From NCBI GenBank assembly GCA_002376235.1, contig DFNX01000006.1, forward strand, positions 235,020 to 299,019: a stretch of 64,000 nucleotides of DNA. The letters are read 5' to 3'. Below, piece after piece: positions 58,692 to 64,000 of this stretch; the first letter of the stretch is position 1, and the number at the start of each line of letters is the position of its first letter. The notes under the pieces were generated by a model that was not told the origin of the DNA, made no database searches, and saw only the letters and a list, made by a program, of their open reading frames with translations. A program made the translations under genes and the position numbers. This DNA comes from Neorhizobium sp. UBA3556. GTDB taxonomy: Bacteria; Pseudomonadota; Alphaproteobacteria; Rhizobiales; Rhizobiaceae.

Positions 58692-59430
58692 GGACGGAAT
58701 AACGCTGATTGGTCGTGCTGCCCGTCATGCCCTTGACGCCGATGACGAGATCGAGCGTTGCGCCCTTCATCGTATCGGGTACGGGGATCTCGCAGACATG
58801 CGAATAGGTGACACGCGGGCCGCCCGCGGGCTTCCTGCATTTGCCTTCCGCGAGAACCTTTTTGCCCTCGTCCTCCAAGCCTGCCACGACCCGGCTCTGG
58901 CTGACATTGACATAGGCGAGCAGCGACGTTTTTTCCTGTCTGCTGCCGATGATGGCCGGGACATAGACCTTGCTGGCCGCTTCGTTGCAATCCTCGGCAA
59001 GTGTCGCGAGCAGGAGAAGACTGTCTGCACCATAGACGCCGAGCTGTTCGGCGTAGCGAGTGGGTACCGGGATTTTCGGTGGCGCCGACGACGGGTTCTT
59101 CGCGCGGTACATGTTTGCCGCCCAATAGCGTCCATCATCGGTGGTTACGCGTATGCACACCGTCGCCGAAGGCTGATCGCCTCCACGGACGAGCCCGAGC
59201 TTCAGGTCTCCCAGCGCCCCTTTTGTCGCCGTGGCTGCGTAGGACAGACCAGAGAGGAACTGGCCGTTCACTTGGGTGTTGCCGGCATAGCGCTCGTTGA
59301 AATCCGGAACGTTCGCAAGTTCGAGCACGGGTTCTTCCGATTGCGAAAAGGCCGATGGTGCGAACATCAAGAATGCCGACAGGCACGAAACGGTCCAGGT
59401 ACGTGCTGCACCCGCGCGATAAAAATTCAT
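58681..59430 (-). CDS. Hypothetical exported protein with four Cys in the mature part
   Basis: Signal-like ...SAFLMFAPSAFSQ; first gene of a three-gene operon; start uncertain (59430 or 59505). Confidence 0.65.
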   Translation of the reverse strand: MNFYRAGAARTWTVSCLSAFLMFAPSAFSQSEEPVLELANVPDFNERYAGNTQVNGQFLSGLSYAATATKGALGDLKLGLVRGGDQPSATVCIRVTTDDGRYWAANMYRAKNPSSAPPKIPVPTRYAEQLGVYGADSLLLLATLAEDCNEAASKVYVPAIIGSRQEKTSLLAYVNVSQSRVVAGLEDEGKKVLAEGKCRKPAGGPRVTYSHVCEIPVPDTMKGATLDLVIGVKGMTGSTTNQRYSVHVE

Positions 59431-59679
59431 TAAACTTGCCCCCAAGATAATTCGGCGGCACGCTGGAGTGCGAGGCTCTAATTTTCGTTTAATCCGGGCA
59501 TTCATTTTGAGCCGAGGCCGAGCCTTTGGCCGAGATGTCCCCGATGAATGCCGATTGCGTGAATGACTCGTAAAGATTGCATTTAGGATTTTTCAGTAAG
59601 CTCTCGTTAGTGAAATCCCGTATTGCGTCCGAGAATGGGGCATCGAAGGGCGGGATCGGTGTTTTGCGTACGGGTTCTC

Positions 59680-60807
59680 ATGCGTTTTTTTGCTGCCACA
59701 TCGGCCATTGTCGCCGCCTGTATCGGCCTTTACGGCTGCACCTCGTCCAATCCTGAGACAGCATTGACCGTGCCGCCGTCGTCGGTGAAGACCGCACGGC
59801 TTGCGCCCTCGCAGGCGATCGTCCCGCCGGTCATGCCGGCCGCATCCGTACCCTCGATCGATCCGACGCCGGTTGCCGCGATCACCCCGCCTGCCGGCGT
59901 CAACGATCCGCACGAACTCGCCTGGAACGGCGGGGGCGGAGAGACGCATGCTTTCGACGGCATGGCAAGGACGGTCGGCATGCCTGTTCCGGCCGATCGG
60001 CCGGTGGCTTCGCTGCGCCCTGCGCTCAATCCGGTTCTTGAGCAGCCCATGCCCCAGGCGATGCCGCGTTCTGGCGGCCATCAGCGCCTGCGGGTCTACG
60101 GTCAGCGCTTCGGCGATGTGAAGCCGATGAATTTCGGCAGGGTCGCGCCTCGCCATTTCGCAGTTCACGGCGTCGATGTTTCCCGCTGGCAGGCCGATAT
60201 CGATTGGGCGAAACTGCGCACGCAGGGCGCCAACTTCGCCTATATCAAGGCGACCGACGGCGGCGACCATCTGGATCCGATGTTCAAGACCAACTGGCGC
60301 CGGGCGGGCGAGGCGGGTATCCGCCGCGGCGCATACCACTTCTTCTACTGGTGCCGCACAGCCGGCGAACAGGCCGACTGGTTCATCCGTAACGTGCCGC
60401 GCGACCCCGATGCGCTGCCGCCGGTGATCGATGTAGAATACAATCACCAGTCCGACTGCAAGATGCGTCTTTCGACCGAGCGCGTGCTCGAAAAGATGCA
60501 GGTCTTCATGGACAAGCTGGAAAGGCATTACGGCCAGCGGCCGGTCATCTATACGGCACCGGATTTCTACAAGGATCACCTGAGGGGCCAGTTCCGCGAC
60601 TATCCGTTCTGGCTGCGCTCGGTGGCGGCGCATCCGTCAAAAATCTATCCGGATCGCAAATGGGCGTTCTGGCAATATTCCGGCTCGGGCCTTTCGAAAG
60701 GTGTCGAGGGCAAGATCGACCTCAATGTCTTCAATGGCGGCGAGGAAGGCTGGCATGACTGGGTGGCGCGCAACACATGGTCGGGACGGGCCGTCGCGCG
60801 ACGCTGA
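59680..60807 (+). CDS. GH25 muramidase (lysozyme), lipoprotein with Pro-rich linker
   Basis: Lipobox LYGC, GVDVSRWQ, IKATDG, GAYHF, DVE, WQYS, IDLNVF. Confidence 0.92.
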   Translation: MRFFAATSAIVAACIGLYGCTSSNPETALTVPPSSVKTARLAPSQAIVPPVMPAASVPSIDPTPVAAITPPAGVNDPHELAWNGGGGETHAFDGMARTVGMPVPADRPVASLRPALNPVLEQPMPQAMPRSGGHQRLRVYGQRFGDVKPMNFGRVAPRHFAVHGVDVSRWQADIDWAKLRTQGANFAYIKATDGGDHLDPMFKTNWRRAGEAGIRRGAYHFFYWCRTAGEQADWFIRNVPRDPDALPPVIDVEYNHQSDCKMRLSTERVLEKMQVFMDKLERHYGQRPVIYTAPDFYKDHLRGQFRDYPFWLRSVAAHPSKIYPDRKWAFWQYSGSGLSKGVEGKIDLNVFNGGEEGWHDWVARNTWSGRAVARR

Positions 60808-60836
60808 CCTGATCACGCTTCATTCCGATATAGAGA

Positions 60837-60881
60837 AAAGCCCCGCGCCAAAAAGCTGAACATGGCGCGGGGCTTCTTTTT
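60837..60881. terminator. Bidirectional intrinsic terminator
   Basis: AAAAGCCCCGCGCCA...TGGCGCGGGGCTTCTTTTT between convergent genes. Confidence 0.85.
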
Positions 60882-60918
60882 GTCCGGAAAGGGCGCAGAA
60901 ACGAACCTGGCGGGGGTG

Positions 60919-61986
60919 TCAGTTCGTCTGCGCCAGAGCTTGTCCACCTTGCTGCGCGAGGTCAACGCTGGCGACGACCGACATGCCCGGAACAAGGCTG
61001 TCGGCGAGTGGTTGGTTCGGCTCTATCGCGATCCGGACGGGAATGCGCTGGGCGACCTTGGTGAAATTGCCGGTCGCGTTGTCGGACTTGATGACGGAGA
61101 ATTCCGAGCCGGTGGCGGGCGCGAAGCGCTCGATGCGGCCCTTGAGGCTCTGGTGGCCGAGGGCATCAACCGTGAAGGTGACTTGCTGGCCGGGCTTCAT
61201 GCCTTCAAGCTGGGTTTCCTTGTAGTTGGCGACGACCCAGACGTGATTGGGAACCAGCGAAGCGATCTGCGTGCCAGTCGAGACATACTGGCCGAGGCGG
61301 CCGGTGACTTCGCCGAGCTCGCCATCCTGCGGGGCGGTGATGCGGGTATTCTGCAGATCGATATCGGCAAGTTCGACCGACGCCTTGGCGCCTTCGACGG
61401 TGGCTTCCAGCGTGCGGCGGTTGACGACAATCGTGTTCAAATCCTGTTCGGCGACGAGAACCGCTGCGTCCGCCTGATGCACGGATGCCTGGGCCTGGTC
61501 GTAGGTAGCCTGCGCCTTTTCGAAATCGCTCTGGGTCGAGACATTGCTCTTCAGAAGCGACTGGGTGCGGTTATAGGCGGTTTTTGCGGCGTCGAAGGCG
61601 GCGTTTGCGCTTTCGACGGCGGCCTTGGCGGAGACGATCTTGGCTTCGGCCGACTTGCGGCTCTGCTCTGAATTGGCAAGCGAGGCCTCGGCGGATGCGA
61701 GCGTGGCCTTGGCCTGCTCAAGCTTCTGGGCGTAGATACGATTGTCGATCTGGGCAATAAGATCGCCCTTCTTGACCCTCTGGTAGTCCTGTACAGGAAC
61801 CTCGACGATATAGCCGGCAAGCTGCGGGCTGAGCAGGGTCACCTGGCCGCGCACATAGGCGTCATTGGTTGTCTCGATCGAGCCTTTGAAGGGTGGCAGG
61901 TTCCAGACATAGAGAATGATCAGCACGCCGATAATGCCGACGGCGGCCGCGAGATAGGTTGCGAGTGATCTGAATACGGTTTTCAT
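60919..61986 (-). CDS. HlyD/EmrA-family membrane fusion protein
   Basis: TNDAYV, ANYKETQL, NATGNFTKVAQRIPVRI. Confidence 0.95.
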   Translation of the reverse strand: MKTVFRSLATYLAAAVGIIGVLIILYVWNLPPFKGSIETTNDAYVRGQVTLLSPQLAGYIVEVPVQDYQRVKKGDLIAQIDNRIYAQKLEQAKATLASAEASLANSEQSRKSAEAKIVSAKAAVESANAAFDAAKTAYNRTQSLLKSNVSTQSDFEKAQATYDQAQASVHQADAAVLVAEQDLNTIVVNRRTLEATVEGAKASVELADIDLQNTRITAPQDGELGEVTGRLGQYVSTGTQIASLVPNHVWVVANYKETQLEGMKPGQQVTFTVDALGHQSLKGRIERFAPATGSEFSVIKSDNATGNFTKVAQRIPVRIAIEPNQPLADSLVPGMSVVASVDLAQQGGQALAQTN

Positions 61987-62021
61987 GGTCTTTGACTTGT
62001 TTTCTTGGCCAGTTTCGGGCG

Positions 62022-63725
62022 TCAGGCAATCTGCGGGGTGTCCGTGCTGCGCGAGAGGCGATGGCGGTTGTTCCAGAGGATGTGGAGCGAGAGCAGCGTG
62101 ATGGCCACTGCCGCGAGAAGGAATGTTGCAAAGAAGGCGTCGTCATAGGCAAGCACATAGGCCTGCTGCTGCACCTGCTTGGCAAAGGCGCTTGTGCCTT
62201 GGATCGTGTGTTGTGCGGCGTCCGAGCCGGTGCGGCTGTAGGCGGCGACATACTGGTTGATACGCTGGATCACCAGCGGATCGGTGGGCAGGAGGCGGGC
62301 CGTGAGGATGGCGGAGTGATATTGCTCCCGCCAGGTGACGAAGCTACCGAACAGGGCGCTGCCGATGAAGGCGCCGACCTTCTGGGTAAAGAGGAACACG
62401 GCGATGAAGCTGATGAGATAGGTCAGCCCTTTCTTCAGCGCGGCAGCGAAGCCGACGGCCATGGCAGGCGGCAGGAACAGGCCCGAGCCGAAAGCGATCA
62501 GCGACTGGCTGACCAGCATCTGGTCGGGGCGCGTCAGCGCGGTCGAATAGCTGTCCATCAGCGTGCCGGCGGCGATCAGCACCAGCGACAGAAGGTGGAT
62601 ATAGGGCTCTCTGCCGGGTTTCATGATCAAGCCGCAGAACAGGCCCGAGACGACGCTGGCAATCAGGATTGCCCAGTAGAGATGCGCCATCTGTTCGTTG
62701 AACAGGCCGAGCTGGCGGAAGAAGTTGATGGCGCCGGTAGACTGTTCGGTCAGAAGCATGCGGAAGACGAGAAGAACGCCGGCGAAATGCAGGATTTCCC
62801 GTGAACCGATCCAGCGCACATCGATGAGATTGTTCTTTCGATTGAGCTCCAGCATGATGCAGAGCGTGCCGCTGACAATGCCGGTGATCAGCACCCAGGC
62901 CAGCCAGTCGGCTTCAAGCCACCAGTAGAGCCTGCCCATGGTGAAGAAGACGGCAAGGCTGCCCATCGAGGTGGCGAGCAGGCCGTAGCTCAGGTAGTCC
63001 ATCGACGAGATGACCTTGGCACGCGGCGGCGATGTCAGCGGCAGGATGTAGATCAGGCCGAAGACGATGAGCGCCAGCGCCAGTTCCACGAGATAGAGAC
63101 CGCGCAGGTCATGCAGGTCGAGAAGCGAGGGCGAGATCAGGCCCGCAAGCGGCGTTGCGAGCGAGAGGCCGATCAGCGCCAGGCACTGGCCCCAGCGAAG
63201 CTTTTGCGCCGGTGGAAAGATCTCGAGCATGTAGAGAAAGCCCATGGACGAGATCGGGGCAGCGGCGGCGCCGGCAAAGAAACGCAGTGCAATGCTGAGG
63301 CTGAGATCATTGACCCAGAGATGGGCAAGACTGATGACCACGTAAGGTATGATCGCCAGTTCACAGAACTGCCGGATGCCATATTGCGTGCGGACCTTGA
63401 ACAGGAACAGGCCAAGGCTGGCATTGGGAAAGAGATAGGCCGCCATCAGCCATGCGGCTTCGTTCTGCGTCGCTTCCAGCGGCCCGGCGATCAGCGGCAG
63501 GTTGGTCGAGATCATCGCCGTGCCGAGACCCTGCATGATGAAGGCGGTGACCGAGGTCAGCGCATAGAGAAGGGCAATCGGCAGCGGTTTCGGGACGAAA
63601 GGCGGCGGGGCGACCGGGGTGACGGGGGCAGGCTCAGCCGGCTGCTGAACGGCCGGAGTTTCCACGTCCGTCCGCTCGACCAACTCGTCTTCCTGCTTGA
63701 GGACTGCATCACGCGCGGACATCAT
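62022..63725 (-). CDS. MFS efflux transporter (EmrB/DHA2-like)
   Basis: Many TM helices, WLMAAY, AYDDAF; lies between the MarR and HlyD genes. Confidence 0.9.
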   Translation of the reverse strand: MMSARDAVLKQEDELVERTDVETPAVQQPAEPAPVTPVAPPPFVPKPLPIALLYALTSVTAFIMQGLGTAMISTNLPLIAGPLEATQNEAAWLMAAYLFPNASLGLFLFKVRTQYGIRQFCELAIIPYVVISLAHLWVNDLSLSIALRFFAGAAAAPISSMGFLYMLEIFPPAQKLRWGQCLALIGLSLATPLAGLISPSLLDLHDLRGLYLVELALALIVFGLIYILPLTSPPRAKVISSMDYLSYGLLATSMGSLAVFFTMGRLYWWLEADWLAWVLITGIVSGTLCIMLELNRKNNLIDVRWIGSREILHFAGVLLVFRMLLTEQSTGAINFFRQLGLFNEQMAHLYWAILIASVVSGLFCGLIMKPGREPYIHLLSLVLIAAGTLMDSYSTALTRPDQMLVSQSLIAFGSGLFLPPAMAVGFAAALKKGLTYLISFIAVFLFTQKVGAFIGSALFGSFVTWREQYHSAILTARLLPTDPLVIQRINQYVAAYSRTGSDAAQHTIQGTSAFAKQVQQQAYVLAYDDAFFATFLLAAVAITLLSLHILWNNRHRLSRSTDTPQIA

Positions 63726-64000
63726 CGACCTCCACATTGGAGACGTTGTCGGAGATCCGCTGCATCAGAGCGATGGCCTGTTTCAACTCTTCCTGTTCAA
63801 TGCCTTCGAAGAACTGATGGCGAATCTGGTCGGCCAGCGCGCGCACGAAGGCGGCCTGTTCCTCTCCATGCTCGGTCAGAACTATCAGCTTGACGCGCCG
63901 GTCATGTGCATCGGGCCGGCGTTCGATCAGGCCGTTTTCTTCCATGCGGTCGAGCAGGCGCACGAGGGTTGCCTGTTCAAGCTCCAGCTCGCAGGCAAGC
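63709..64000 (-). CDS. MarR-family regulator (3' part; start outside window)
   Basis: LELEQATLVRLLDRMEENGLIERRPDAHDRRVKLIVLT. Confidence 0.92.
   Translation of the reverse strand, partial: LACELELEQATLVRLLDRMEENGLIERRPDAHDRRVKLIVLTEHGEEQAAFVRALADQIRHQFFEGIEQEELKQAIALMQRISDNVSNVEVDDVRA

Overview
GC-rich alphaproteobacterial DNA, most likely Rhizobiaceae (short second ftsZ, rhizobial palindromic intergenic repeats). 1-12 kb: a Rhodospirillum rubrum-type anaerobic CO-oxidation/H2-evolution cluster (hypF-cooMKLXUH-hypA-cooF-cooS, minus strand, cooS runs off the left edge) with two CooA-type boxes. 12-47 kb: metabolic and transport genes (Rrf2 regulator, three ABC importers plus modABC, a three-subunit flavocytochrome sugar dehydrogenase, ureohydrolase, ftsZ2, dgoKA, a decayed ccdAB pair, zntA with a palindromic repeat inserted in frame). 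47.3-54.2 kb: the most unusual part, a more AT-rich array of small unrelated gene modules, each bounded by co-oriented ~26-28 nt imperfect hairpin repeats of two alternating types, often overlapping stop codons. The layout is cassette-like, but there are no attC cores and no recombinase in the window. 54-64 kb: diguanylate cyclase, a cluster of exported hypothetical proteins with a trypsin-like protease, a GH25 muramidase and a MarR-MFS-HlyD efflux operon. All calls are from reading motifs by eye; no searches were run.
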